The position numbers were made by a program, and so were the translations under genes. Of a stretch of DNA of 64,000 bases, positions 34,284 through 44,141 are shown in pieces; the stretch's first letter is position 1; each line of letters opens with the position of its first letter. The stretch is taken from the NCBI GenBank assembly GCA_902778925.1, contig CACYZN010000021.1:3847-67846 (forward strand), given 5' to 3'. The notes under the pieces are model-generated. The model made no database searches. It was not told the origin of the DNA and worked only from the letters and a program-made list of their open reading frames with translations. Source of the stretch: an uncultured Bacteroidota bacterium (GTDB lineage Bacteria > Bacteroidota > Bacteroidia > Bacteroidales > P3).

Positions 34284-35317
34284 AGTATCTCGTCCAGTTT
34301 CCATTTGCGGTTGCGCCGTTCGAATATTAGCAGTTCGGCAATCAAGCACAATAGTGCTGCTGCCAGTGGGTATTGGAAGCGACTCTCGTAGGCGCTGAAT
34401 ACCGCCTCGCCGTAGTTTTCTTTCTCCAGGCTTTCTATGGTCTTGGTGATGTCGCTCAGACCGCTGCCTACATTGCTGGCTCGCACGTATACGCCGTCGC
34501 CGGCCGATGCTATGTCGCGCAGCATCTGCTCGTTGAGGTGCGTCATCACTACGTTGCCCTCGCGGTCGCGCTTGTAGTTGCCTTTTCGTCCTTCGGGAAT
34601 AGGAGCGCCGTCTGGAAGACCCATGCCCACGGTGAGCACCTTCACACCCTCTTTGGCAGCACGGCGGGCGGCTTCTATGGCGTCGTCTTCGTGGTTTTCG
34701 CCATCGCTTATCACCACTATGGCGCGTCCTTTGTTCTTCTCCCATTGCCGGTCTTCGTCGCCGTAGCCGAAGGCCTGCATGGCTTTGTCGATGGCGTCGC
34801 CGATGGCGGTACCTTGAGTGCTGACCATGTCGCAACTCACTCCGTCGAGGAAGAGCTTGGCGGCGCTGTAGTCGTTGGTGAGCGGCATCTGGATGTAGCT
34901 GGTACCGGCAAACACCACAAGGCTGACGCGGTCGCCGGCAAAGGTCGACATCAGGTTGCTCACCGCGCGCTTGCTGCGCTCGAGGCGGTTGGGCTGTATG
35001 TCCTCGGCCATCATGCTATTGGAGACGTCGAGGCATATTGCCACGTCGCTGCCAGCGCGTTTGCCTTTCTCTATCTTGGTGCCAAACTGCGGGTTGGCGA
35101 GTGCCACGACCAGCAGTGCCATGCCTACGAGGGTGAGTATGCATTTGGCGGCGGGGCGCCACGGCGACTGGTCGGGTATGAGGCGGCCAAACATGCCACG
35201 GTCGGCCCATGCTTCGAGGCGTTTGCTATTGCGCCACTGTATGAAGAGCCATAGTCCGCCGACCACAGCCACTACCACCAGCAGCCACAAGTATTCTGTA
35301 TGTTCAAAATGTATCAT
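34280..35317 (-). CDS. batB: BatB (VWA-domain membrane protein)
   Basis: N-terminal TM helices are followed by a VWA MIDAS motif, DVAICLDVSNSM. Confidence 0.8.
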   Translation of the reverse strand: MIHFEHTEYLWLLVVVAVVGGLWLFIQWRNSKRLEAWADRGMFGRLIPDQSPWRPAAKCILTLVGMALLVVALANPQFGTKIEKGKRAGSDVAICLDVSNSMMAEDIQPNRLERSKRAVSNLMSTFAGDRVSLVVFAGTSYIQMPLTNDYSAAKLFLDGVSCDMVSTQGTAIGDAIDKAMQAFGYGDEDRQWEKNKGRAIVVISDGENHEDDAIEAARRAAKEGVKVLTVGMGLPDGAPIPEGRKGNYKRDREGNVVMTHLNEQMLRDIASAGDGVYVRASNVGSGLSDITKTIESLEKENYGEAVFSAYESRFQYPLAAALLCLIAELLIFERRNRKWKLDEIL

Positions 35318-35323
35318 AACCTT

Positions 35324-36316
35324 CTATATCTTCATCACCCCCCAACGCAGCACCACTTCGAGCAACAATGCAATCATGGCGATCCACAGCCACCGACCCT
35401 GTTCGTCGCGGGTCTGGGCGTATTGTGTCACGTCGATGCGGCTTTTCTCCATCTCGTCTATTTGGTTGAATATTTGCTTGAGGGCGTTCTTGTTTGTGGC
35501 GCGGAAGTAGCGTCCGTCGCCGGTGGCGGCAGCCATCTGCTGCATCAGCGGCTCGTCGATTTCCACGTCGATATTCTGGTAGTGCACACGTCCGAACTGG
35601 TCGCGGAAGGGGTAGGGGGCTTTGCCGAGCGACCCCACGCCGATGGTGTAGAGGCGTATGTTGTACATGGCGGCGATCTCGGCCGCCGACTGCGGGTCGA
35701 CGCTGCCTTGGTTGTTCACGCCGTCGGTGAGCAGTATGATGACCTTGCTCTTGGCCTCGCTGTCCTTGATGCGATTGATGGCGGTGGCCAGGCCGTCGCC
35801 GAGGGCGGTGCCGTCGCGCACAATGCCGCTTTTTACCGAGCCTAGCTGCTTGAGCAGTACGTGGTGGTCGATGGTGAGCGGTACCTGGGTGAAGGCTTCG
35901 CCGGCGAAGACCACAAGACCCATGCGGTCGTTCTTGCGCCCGTCGATGAAGTCGGCGGCCACCTTCTTGGCGGCTTCCAGGCGGTTTGGCTTGAAGTCCT
36001 CGGCCAGCATGCTGCCCGATATGTCCATGGCCATCACTATGTCGATGCCTTCCACTTTCATCTCCTGGCGGCTCAACTGGCTCTGCGGTCGTGCCAACGC
36101 CACCACGGCGGCACCGATGGCGATTACCCGCAGGGCGTAGGGCAGCCAGCGCAGGCGCACGCGCCAGGTCTTGACCACACCGTCGAAGACGGCTATGTTC
36201 GAATGCTGCAAGGCGGCTTCCTGCTTGCGGTAGCGCCAAATCCACCATGCCACGAGCAGCGGCACGAGCACAAGGCCCAACAGCATCCACGGATTGGCAA
36301 AGGTGATGTTATTCAT
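35324..36316 (-). CDS. batA: BatA (VWA-domain membrane protein)
   Basis: FANPWMLLGLVLVPLLVAWWIW is followed by a MIDAS motif, DIVMAMDISGSM, and a C-terminal TM. Confidence 0.8.
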   Translation of the reverse strand: MNNITFANPWMLLGLVLVPLLVAWWIWRYRKQEAALQHSNIAVFDGVVKTWRVRLRWLPYALRVIAIGAAVVALARPQSQLSRQEMKVEGIDIVMAMDISGSMLAEDFKPNRLEAAKKVAADFIDGRKNDRMGLVVFAGEAFTQVPLTIDHHVLLKQLGSVKSGIVRDGTALGDGLATAINRIKDSEAKSKVIILLTDGVNNQGSVDPQSAAEIAAMYNIRLYTIGVGSLGKAPYPFRDQFGRVHYQNIDVEIDEPLMQQMAAATGDGRYFRATNKNALKQIFNQIDEMEKSRIDVTQYAQTRDEQGRWLWIAMIALLLEVVLRWGVMKI

Positions 36317-37187
36317 TGCTGGCGGCCTCCTCTTCCTCGGGTTTCACTTTCTCCCACATCTTGCCCACGAAGTCCACGGCCTCGCTCATCGAGCGGTCGT
36401 GCTCGTGGGGCAGGGGCTCGCTCTTGGCGAACTTCACCAGGTCGGCGGTAGTGAAGATGTCGCGCAGTGCGGCGCAGTCGATCTTCCACTCGCTGTCTTC
36501 GAGTGCCGCCACGGTCTCGTCGCTCGTCATCTCGGTGGCGCGAATGGCGGTGCTCTCTTCGATGAAGATGCGCACTATGTCGGTCAGCTCGGTGTGGTAT
36601 TCTTTGGTTTTGCCGGCCTGCCACAACTGGCGCTGGCGCAGCTGCTCCAGGTTGTCGAGGGCGCGCTGCTGCGGGTTGCGGGTGTCGACGGGCTCGGCTG
36701 TGCCGAGCATCTGCTGCACCTGCTGCCGGTGGGTGACAAGCCACCACACGGCGAATGCTATGGCTGCGATGCCTAGTGCCAGCAGTACCCAGCGGAATAT
36801 CTCCCAGAAGGTGTATGGCATTTGCACGATGGGGGCTATGTCGCGCAGTTGGGCGGTGGCGCTGTCGATCTCGACATCGGTGACCACAAGCAGCAGCGAG
36901 TCGTCGGGGCCCAGGTGTATGTAGTGCTCGCCAGGCTCGAAGCAGGTGAGCACGGTGTACTGTGTGTGTGTGGCGGTGTCGAAGGTCTGCTCCAGAGCCA
37001 CTATGCCGCCGGTGCCGAGCATGTCGGTTGAGGGGTAGTTGAGGGCACGGCTTATGGCGAGTGTAGTCTGGTCGCCCAGGGCTATGGTGTCGGCTTCGAG
37101 CTTGGCCACGGTCTGCGCGTTGGCAGCCGGCAGCCCCGCGAGGCCAAGGAGGCACAGCAGGCTTATGTATATGGTTTTCCTTAACAT
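36309..37187 (-). CDS. Bat-operon membrane protein (DUF4381-like, hypothetical)
   Basis: 292 aa with a signal peptide and a central TM (WVLLALGIAAIAFAVWWLV). It sits in the conserved slot between DUF58 and batA and overlaps batA by 8 nt. Confidence 0.5.
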   Translation of the reverse strand: MLRKTIYISLLCLLGLAGLPAANAQTVAKLEADTIALGDQTTLAISRALNYPSTDMLGTGGIVALEQTFDTATHTQYTVLTCFEPGEHYIHLGPDDSLLLVVTDVEIDSATAQLRDIAPIVQMPYTFWEIFRWVLLALGIAAIAFAVWWLVTHRQQVQQMLGTAEPVDTRNPQQRALDNLEQLRQRQLWQAGKTKEYHTELTDIVRIFIEESTAIRATEMTSDETVAALEDSEWKIDCAALRDIFTTADLVKFAKSEPLPHEHDRSMSEAVDFVGKMWEKVKPEEEEAASNE

Positions 37188-37191
37188 TGTA

Positions 37192-38055
37192 TCAGCTTCT
37201 TCTTGCCAGTAGGTTCTTTAGTGGTTTCACGAAGTCTTCGCCAGTGTAGAGCGTTGCTACGTCGATGCCGTAGCGGCGCAGGGTGGCCAGGGTGCTGGCA
37301 TCGTGCTCGGCGGCGCGGGCGTCGACCACGCGGCGCACCTCGGCGCTGCCGGTGTCGACCCACAGGGTCTCGGTGCTCTCGGGGTCGTAGAGTTTCACCA
37401 GTCCGAGGTCGGCCAGATGCTCTTCGCTACGGTCCACCAGGCGCAGTGCCACCAGGTCGTGGCGGCCGGCGGCCAACTTGAGGGCGTCGGTGTAGCCGCT
37501 GTCGTAGAAGTCGCTCAGCAGGAAGGTGGTGCAGCGCCGCTTGATGGCGTTGTAGAAGTAGCTGAGGGCGCCTCCTATGTCGGTGCCGTTGCTGCTGGGG
37601 CGGAAGGTGATGAGCTCGCGTATGATGCGCAGTATGTGCGAGCGGCCTTTCTTGGGTGGTATGAACTTCTCGATGCGGTCGCTGAAGAGTATCATGCCCA
37701 CCTTGTCGTTGTTGGCTATAGCGCTGAAGGCTAGGGTAGCGGCGACCTCGGCGGCCAGTTCTTCCTTGAACTGCGAGTGGGTGCCGAAGCGTCCGCTTCC
37801 GCTCACGTCGACCAGCAGCATCACCGTCAGCTCGCGCTCTTCTTCGAACACCTTGACGTAGGGGTGAGCCAGGCGGGCGGTCACGTTCCAGTCTATGCTG
37901 CGCACGTCGTCGCCATACTGGTATTCGCGCACTTCGCTGAAAACCATGCCGCGACCTTTGAAGGCCGAGTGGTATTCGCCGCTGAACATCTGCTGGCTGA
38001 GGCCGCGGGCTTTGATTTCTATTTTGCGAACTTTCTTTATTATCTCTTCGTCCAT
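37192..38055 (-). CDS. DUF58 domain protein (MoxR-associated)
   Basis: 287 aa. The motif is FKGRGMVFSEVREYQYGDDVRSIDWNVTAR. It lies downstream of MoxR. Confidence 0.8.
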   Translation of the reverse strand: MDEEIIKKVRKIEIKARGLSQQMFSGEYHSAFKGRGMVFSEVREYQYGDDVRSIDWNVTARLAHPYVKVFEEERELTVMLLVDVSGSGRFGTHSQFKEELAAEVAATLAFSAIANNDKVGMILFSDRIEKFIPPKKGRSHILRIIRELITFRPSSNGTDIGGALSYFYNAIKRRCTTFLLSDFYDSGYTDALKLAAGRHDLVALRLVDRSEEHLADLGLVKLYDPESTETLWVDTGSAEVRRVVDARAAEHDASTLATLRRYGIDVATLYTGEDFVKPLKNLLARRS

Positions 38056-38127
38056 AAGTCAGTTTTAGTTTTTAGTTTCAGTCGTTGATATAGCGCTCGA
38101 CAGAAACTTATAACTTAAACTTATTTA
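38056..38127. repeat. Short-period AT-rich intercistronic spacer with weak dyad symmetry
   Basis: The left part AGTTTTAGTTTTTAGTTTCAGTCG and right part CGACAGAAACTTATAACTTAAACTTAT are partly complementary. Confidence 0.4.
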
Positions 38128-39135
<1,008 letters not shown>

Positions 39136-39272
39136 ATCTGTTTTTGCTTTTTTTTTATTTTGAATTTTCCAATAAACTTAAAAAGCCCCCCTTTATTGCC
39201 TTTTTAACAATCTTTTTGATTTCGCCGAAAACCACTGCCCCTGCAAGCGCCTCACTATCAGTCCCGCCACTG

Positions 39273-39423
39273 CTCCCCTCCGCTTCCCCTCCGGTAGTTC
39301 TTATGTACTTCTTATGTATTTCTTATGTATTTCTTATGTTTTAAACATAAATACAACATAAGAAATACATAAGAACGACATAGGGCGGGGAAGGGGTGGA
39401 AAACGGGGGCGTGGAGAGTGGGT
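39273..39423. repeat. AT-rich palindromic element built from 11-bp units, copy C, with C-rich left and G-rich right flanks
   Basis: CTCCCCTCCGCTTCCCCTCCGG, then a TTCTTATGTA-unit palindrome, then GGGCGGGGAAGGGGTGGAAAACGGGGGCGTGGAGAGTGGG. Confidence 0.9.
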
Positions 39424-39492
39424 AACAGGGTGGCTGTTGAAAAAAGTTGTGAAAAAAATACGAGAAAAATCATATATATAAAGAAAAAGTTG

Positions 39493-39500
39493 TATCTTTG
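39493..39500 (+). promoter_or_regulatory. -7 box TATCTTTG for the T9SS propeller protein gene
   Basis: TAnnTTTG match 54 nt upstream of ATG 39554. Confidence 0.45.
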
Positions 39501-39553
39501 TGCGATAAAAGTTTAGTGTGAATTTGAAAGAACTAACTAATTAATAATATCTT

Positions 39554-42500
39554 ATGAAAAGAAGCAAAGTACTTTTCGGCCTATTTGCGGGCGTTTTGGC
39601 TTTGGTAGGGAGCACGGCGAGTGCCCAGAACAAGTTTTGTGAGCTTGGTCCGGCCAACCTCGGCGGTCAGGTTTCGTGCCTGGCGTTGGACCAGCAAGAC
39701 ACTATCCACACCACCGTTTTTGCCGGTGCCACCTCGGGCGGTTTGTTCGTGAAGTCGAACAATCGCGAGTATTTGCGTGGGTTGTACACTGCACGTCAGA
39801 TGGATACCACGCTGTCGGCCGGTACCGACATGTGGCATTTCATCCCCAATCCCATCTCGGGTAGGGAGGATGTGCTTCCGGTGAGCGCCATCAAGCAGCT
39901 GCCCAACGGCTCGCTGCTGATCGGTACGGGCGACGATTTGTACCCCATGGGTACCAATGTGACCCGGATGTCGAACCTGGGCAAGGGTTTGTACGTCATG
40001 GACAAGAATACTTTCGCATGCGATATGGTGGCCGGCACACGTCCGTCGATGCCCGGCGACAAGTTTGCCGCCATCCACGCCATCGACTACGTCTATCGTA
40101 ACGGCGTGCTGAACGTGTTCGTGGCTTCGAACACCGGCCTCTACCGTTGGCAGATACGCGACGGCCATGAGACCGACTGGAACCGCAGCCCCGAGACCGT
40201 CATCAGCGGTTCGGTCGACCAGTTGGTGGCTGCCGCACAGCTGAAGATGGTCTACTTCAGCATTGGTGGCAACCTCTATGCCATCGCCGACGCCACGGCC
40301 CAGACGCTGCAGTACATCGACCTCACGTCGACCAACAGCGCTTTCGGCCAGAGCAACAGCGTGCTGAAACTGGCTGTCTCCCCCTCGAATCCCTCGTATC
40401 TGTATGCGATGGTGATCCATGGAGGCATGATGCAGAACATCTACCTGACCCGCAACCTGCAGACCTGGTCCGAGCTGGCCACCGGCACGGTGATGCCGTT
40501 CAGCTACACCAGCGGCCAGACTTGCGGCAGCGTGGCTGTGGACCCCGCCCAGCCCGAACATATCCTGATTGGCGGCACCACGCTGTACAGCGGTACCGGC
40601 TATGTGGAAGGCAGCCACTATCAGTGGATGAAGATCTCCTCGTCGGAGTTCGAGACCAACTATGGCAACTATATGGCTATGGTGTTCAACAACTCCTCGT
40701 TCGTGCACTCGGGCATTCAGCAGATACTGCCTGTGTACCGCCGTGTCAACCCCGCTTCGGACGAGAAGGTGCTGACCTACTACTTCGCCACCAACGGCGG
40801 TGTCTACACCACCACCAATATGTATGTGTACGAGAATGTGAACCGCGGTCTGAACAATATGCAGATGAACAGCATCGCCGTTTCGCCCGACGCTTCGGTC
40901 ATCAGCGGTTCGAACGACAATGCCTGCCCCTTCATCGAGAGTCGCGCTGCCCACAACGAGGCTGAGACCGAGGTGGCTTGGTACGACAATGGCCTTGTCG
41001 AGGGTCTGAACCACTCGGGTGTGATACTGTGGAACGGTTCGGGCGGACAAGTTGGAGCTTCGCGCTTCCAGCAGGTCAAACCCGAGCAGCGCCGCAACAT
41101 CTATGTGTCGTCGAACCAGAGCCCCGACCGTGGCCGCGCCTACAGAAATTACTTCGACTATACCGACAACCAGGTGTGGACATACAACCAGGCCTTCACC
41201 ACCAGCGAGCTGCGTGGCGGTAGCACCGACATCGGAAATATCTACACTTGGGAGACCGACCACAACACGATCTTCAACGACAGTATCAAGGTTACCTTCG
41301 ACACACTGGGCTACTATATGCGTCTCAAAGCCGACGGCACCTACGACAGTGCCCGTATCTCGGGTGCCAACTTCAGCTTCAAGGCTGGCGACAAGTTGAC
41401 CGTGCTGAGCCGTGCCAACTCGGACTATCCCTTCGAGTACACCTTCACCAAGACCCACCCGCTGAACAAGACCCTGAAGGTGCAGAACCCGCTGCAGGCC
41501 CGCGCAGTCATCATCGCCGTCGACTCGCAGACTCCCACCATCTGGGGTGTCTACATGTCGTGGCGTGCTTCCGACTTCACCAAGGTCTACGACGCCACCA
41601 TGGCCAACGCAGGCTTGAGAGAAGGTCTCAACTATTGGCCGCGCGTGTTCTATTGCAACACCAACCTTGCAAGCGAGCGCTACTATCGTCCGTCGAAGGT
41701 GACGATGAGCGAGGATGGCCGCTTCCTGTATGTTGCCGTTCGCGACATCTCGACCGGCAAGACCATGGTGGTACGTTGCAAGGGTATGGAGACTGTAGAC
41801 TTCTCCAACCCCGACCCCAGTAAGATAAGCGGTATGCTTCAGGACAGCCGAAACAACGATGAATCGCACATCAGCTACGATACCTTGAAGCTCACGAACG
41901 GCGATATATGGCTGCCGCGCAACATCAGCTCGATGACGACAGACGGCAACCGCATTATCCTCACCTTCGACGGCTACAACAACGATCCCGCCTGCCTCTC
42001 GAACATCGGCTGCATTAGCAACATAGACGACACCATGGCTTTCGCCGAGATTGCCAGCCCGAACAAGGGTATCCCAGCCTTCTGCTCGATGGTGGCTCAC
42101 AATGGCAATATCTACATGGGTACCACCGATGGCGTGAGCATTTACAACGGCACCACCTGGAGCGACTATGCAAACCTTTCTGGCATACCTGTGATGCAGA
42201 TTGTCCAACAGAAGGACACCCTGCCTGTGCGCCATCACTTCGGCCACAATGGTATCGAGGAGCTCAACTATGTGTTTGCAAAGACCAAATGGCCGTATGC
42301 CATGTACTTCGCCACCTACGGTCGCGGTATCTTCATGGATATGCAGTTCGTTACCGACACAGTGAACGAGATTTGCGACTCGGCCGACTACACCGAGGTC
42401 GGTATCCCCACCGTGCGTGGTACCGAGACCAATAGCGTCAGCATCTATCCCAACCCCGTGTCGGGTCGCGCCAACCTCCACATCGAGGCTGCCGAAGCCG

Positions 42501-42682
42501 GCAATGCACAGCTGCGCATCTACGACCTCAACGGCCGTTGCGTGGTCGACCGCCGACTGGGCTACGTGGCCGAGGGCGAGCAGACCTTCAGCGTGACTAC
42601 CGAGGGTATGAATCGCGGCATGTATTTGGTGAATGTCATCATTGGCGGCCATACTGCGGCCACGAAGATGATGGTTCGCTAA
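39554..42682 (+). CDS. Large secreted beta-propeller-type protein with T9SS type-A C-terminal sorting domain
   Basis: 1042 aa with signal peptide MKRSKVLFGLFAGVLALVGSTASAQ. Propeller-like repeats include TVFAGATSGGLFVKS and GTTDGVSIYNGTTWSDY. The C-terminus is VSIYPNPVSGRANLHI...GMYLVNVIIGGHTAATKMMVR. Confidence 0.7.
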   Translation: MKRSKVLFGLFAGVLALVGSTASAQNKFCELGPANLGGQVSCLALDQQDTIHTTVFAGATSGGLFVKSNNREYLRGLYTARQMDTTLSAGTDMWHFIPNPISGREDVLPVSAIKQLPNGSLLIGTGDDLYPMGTNVTRMSNLGKGLYVMDKNTFACDMVAGTRPSMPGDKFAAIHAIDYVYRNGVLNVFVASNTGLYRWQIRDGHETDWNRSPETVISGSVDQLVAAAQLKMVYFSIGGNLYAIADATAQTLQYIDLTSTNSAFGQSNSVLKLAVSPSNPSYLYAMVIHGGMMQNIYLTRNLQTWSELATGTVMPFSYTSGQTCGSVAVDPAQPEHILIGGTTLYSGTGYVEGSHYQWMKISSSEFETNYGNYMAMVFNNSSFVHSGIQQILPVYRRVNPASDEKVLTYYFATNGGVYTTTNMYVYENVNRGLNNMQMNSIAVSPDASVISGSNDNACPFIESRAAHNEAETEVAWYDNGLVEGLNHSGVILWNGSGGQVGASRFQQVKPEQRRNIYVSSNQSPDRGRAYRNYFDYTDNQVWTYNQAFTTSELRGGSTDIGNIYTWETDHNTIFNDSIKVTFDTLGYYMRLKADGTYDSARISGANFSFKAGDKLTVLSRANSDYPFEYTFTKTHPLNKTLKVQNPLQARAVIIAVDSQTPTIWGVYMSWRASDFTKVYDATMANAGLREGLNYWPRVFYCNTNLASERYYRPSKVTMSEDGRFLYVAVRDISTGKTMVVRCKGMETVDFSNPDPSKISGMLQDSRNNDESHISYDTLKLTNGDIWLPRNISSMTTDGNRIILTFDGYNNDPACLSNIGCISNIDDTMAFAEIASPNKGIPAFCSMVAHNGNIYMGTTDGVSIYNGTTWSDYANLSGIPVMQIVQQKDTLPVRHHFGHNGIEELNYVFAKTKWPYAMYFATYGRGIFMDMQFVTDTVNEICDSADYTEVGIPTVRGTETNSVSIYPNPVSGRANLHIEAAEAGNAQLRIYDLNGRCVVDRRLGYVAEGEQTFSVTTEGMNRGMYLVNVIIGGHTAATKMMVR

Positions 42683-42702
42683 TACGGGCTACGACGAACG
42701 AT

Positions 42703-42740
42703 AAAGGAGGTGCCGCCCGTGGGCAGTGCCTCCTTTTCTT
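42703..42740 (+). terminator. Rho-independent terminator
   Basis: AAAGGAGG...GCCCGTGGGC...CCTCCTTT stem-loop followed by TCTTG / T-rich sequence. Confidence 0.65.
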
Positions 42741-42769
42741 GTAAAATAAAAGAATACATAAATATATTA

Positions 42770-42800
42770 CTATAGTACCTATTGCTCCTATAGTACCTAT
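42770..42800. repeat. 13-bp direct repeat CTATAGTACCTAT x2 upstream of tyrS
   Basis: Copies lie at 42770-42782 and 42788-42800. Each contains the 10-bp palindrome TACTATAGTA or most of it. Confidence 0.7.
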
Positions 42801-42812
42801 AATACACCTTAA

Positions 42813-44090
42813 ATGAAACAAAACCTTGTAGAGGAACTGAAATGGCGCGGTATGATACACGACATCATGCCTGGCACCGAAGAACAACTCAATAAAGAAA
42901 TGACTACGGCTTATGTGGGTATAGATCCCACGGCCGACTCGCTGCATATAGGCCATCTGGTAAGCATCATGCTCTTGAAACACCTGCAGATGGCAGGCCA
43001 CAAGCCCCTCGCGGTGGTGGGTGGCGCCACGGGTATGATAGGCGACCCGAGTTTCAAGGCTCAGGAGCGCAAACTGCTTACCGTGGATGAGATCCAGCAC
43101 AATGTGCAGTGCATCCGCAAGCAGTTGGAACGCTTCCTCGACTTCGACAATCCCGTCAATGGAGCCGAGATATGCAACAACTACGACTGGATGAAGGACT
43201 ACCTTTTCCTCGACTTCATACGCGACGTGGGCAAGCATATCACCGTAAACTACATGATGACTAAGGACAGCGTGAAGAAGCGCATGGAGACCGGCATCTC
43301 GTTCACCGAGTTCAGCTACCAGTTGCTGCAGGGCTACGACTTCCTGACTCTCTACCGCACCAAGGGCTGCAAACTGCAGATGGGCGGTAGCGACCAGTGG
43401 GGCAACATCACCACTGGCACCGAGCTCATACGTCGCATGGAAGGCGGCGAGGCTTTCGCACTCACCTGTCCGCTCATCACCAAGGCCGACGGCACCAAGT
43501 TCGGCAAGACCGAGGGCGGCAACGTGTGGCTCGACCCCGAGAAGACAAGTCCGTACAAGTTCTACCAGTTCTGGCTCAACTGCTCGGATGTCGATACGGC
43601 GCGCTACATCCGTATTTTCACCCTCTTTGGCCGCGAGGAGATTGAAGCACTCGAGAAACAGCATGCCGAGGCTCCCGAACAGCGCATACTGCAGAAGGCC
43701 TTGGCCAAAGACATTACAATCCGTGTGCACGGCGAGGAGGCCTACAATACCGCCATCGCCGCCAGCGAGCTCCTTTTCGGTAAAGCCACTACCGAGCAGC
43801 TGAACAGCCTGGACCGTGCAACCCTGCTTTCCGTCTTCGACGGAGTGCCACAGTACAATGTGGCTCGTGCCTCCATCGAGGCTGGTGCTTCGCTGGTCGA
43901 CCTCGCTGCAGAAGTGGGTATGTTCGCCTCGAAAGGCGAGATACGCCGCGAGCTGAAGCAGAATAGCATCAGCGTCAACAAGCAGAAGGTAGGCGAAGGC
44001 GCCACCCTCTCGGCGGCAGACATACTTGCCTCGGGCTGTATTCTTGTCCAGAAGGGAAAGAAAAACTACTATATACTTAACGTCGAGTAA
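42813..44090 (+). CDS. tyrS: Tyrosine--tRNA ligase
   Basis: HIGH motif (SLHIGHL), KFGKT (KMSKS equivalent), and a C-terminal S4-like domain. Confidence 0.9.
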   Translation: MKQNLVEELKWRGMIHDIMPGTEEQLNKEMTTAYVGIDPTADSLHIGHLVSIMLLKHLQMAGHKPLAVVGGATGMIGDPSFKAQERKLLTVDEIQHNVQCIRKQLERFLDFDNPVNGAEICNNYDWMKDYLFLDFIRDVGKHITVNYMMTKDSVKKRMETGISFTEFSYQLLQGYDFLTLYRTKGCKLQMGGSDQWGNITTGTELIRRMEGGEAFALTCPLITKADGTKFGKTEGGNVWLDPEKTSPYKFYQFWLNCSDVDTARYIRIFTLFGREEIEALEKQHAEAPEQRILQKALAKDITIRVHGEEAYNTAIAASELLFGKATTEQLNSLDRATLLSVFDGVPQYNVARASIEAGASLVDLAAEVGMFASKGEIRRELKQNSISVNKQKVGEGATLSAADILASGCILVQKGKKNYYILNVE

Positions 44091-44112
44091 GCCTCGTCGC
44101 GAAGAAAGCAGT

Positions 44113-44141
44113 ATCGGCCACTGTTAGAAGCAGTGGCCGAT
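44113..44141. terminator. Hairpin at the convergent tyrS/patatin junction (bidirectional terminator candidate)
   Basis: ATCGGCCACTG-TTAGAAG-CAGTGGCCGAT followed by ATTTATAT. The right arm overlaps the last codons of the patatin gene. Confidence 0.6.

Noticed and set aside
39144-39344. Small ORFs ending in FLCISYVFLMF or KHKKYIRNT-type peptides (39144..39344, 63448..63636, 63604..63846, 50068..50256, and the tail of 7409..8317).
   Set aside because: The shared peptide is just the translation of the repeated TTCTTATGTA palindrome. The ORFs have no independent coding signal and differ outside the repeat.
39581-42652. A 1023-aa minus-strand ORF almost coextensive with the T9SS propeller gene.
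   Set aside because: The plus-strand frame has a signal peptide, repeat structure, a T9SS C-terminal domain, a promoter box and a terminator. The minus-strand product has antisense-type composition (V/G/A/H/D-rich) and no start context.
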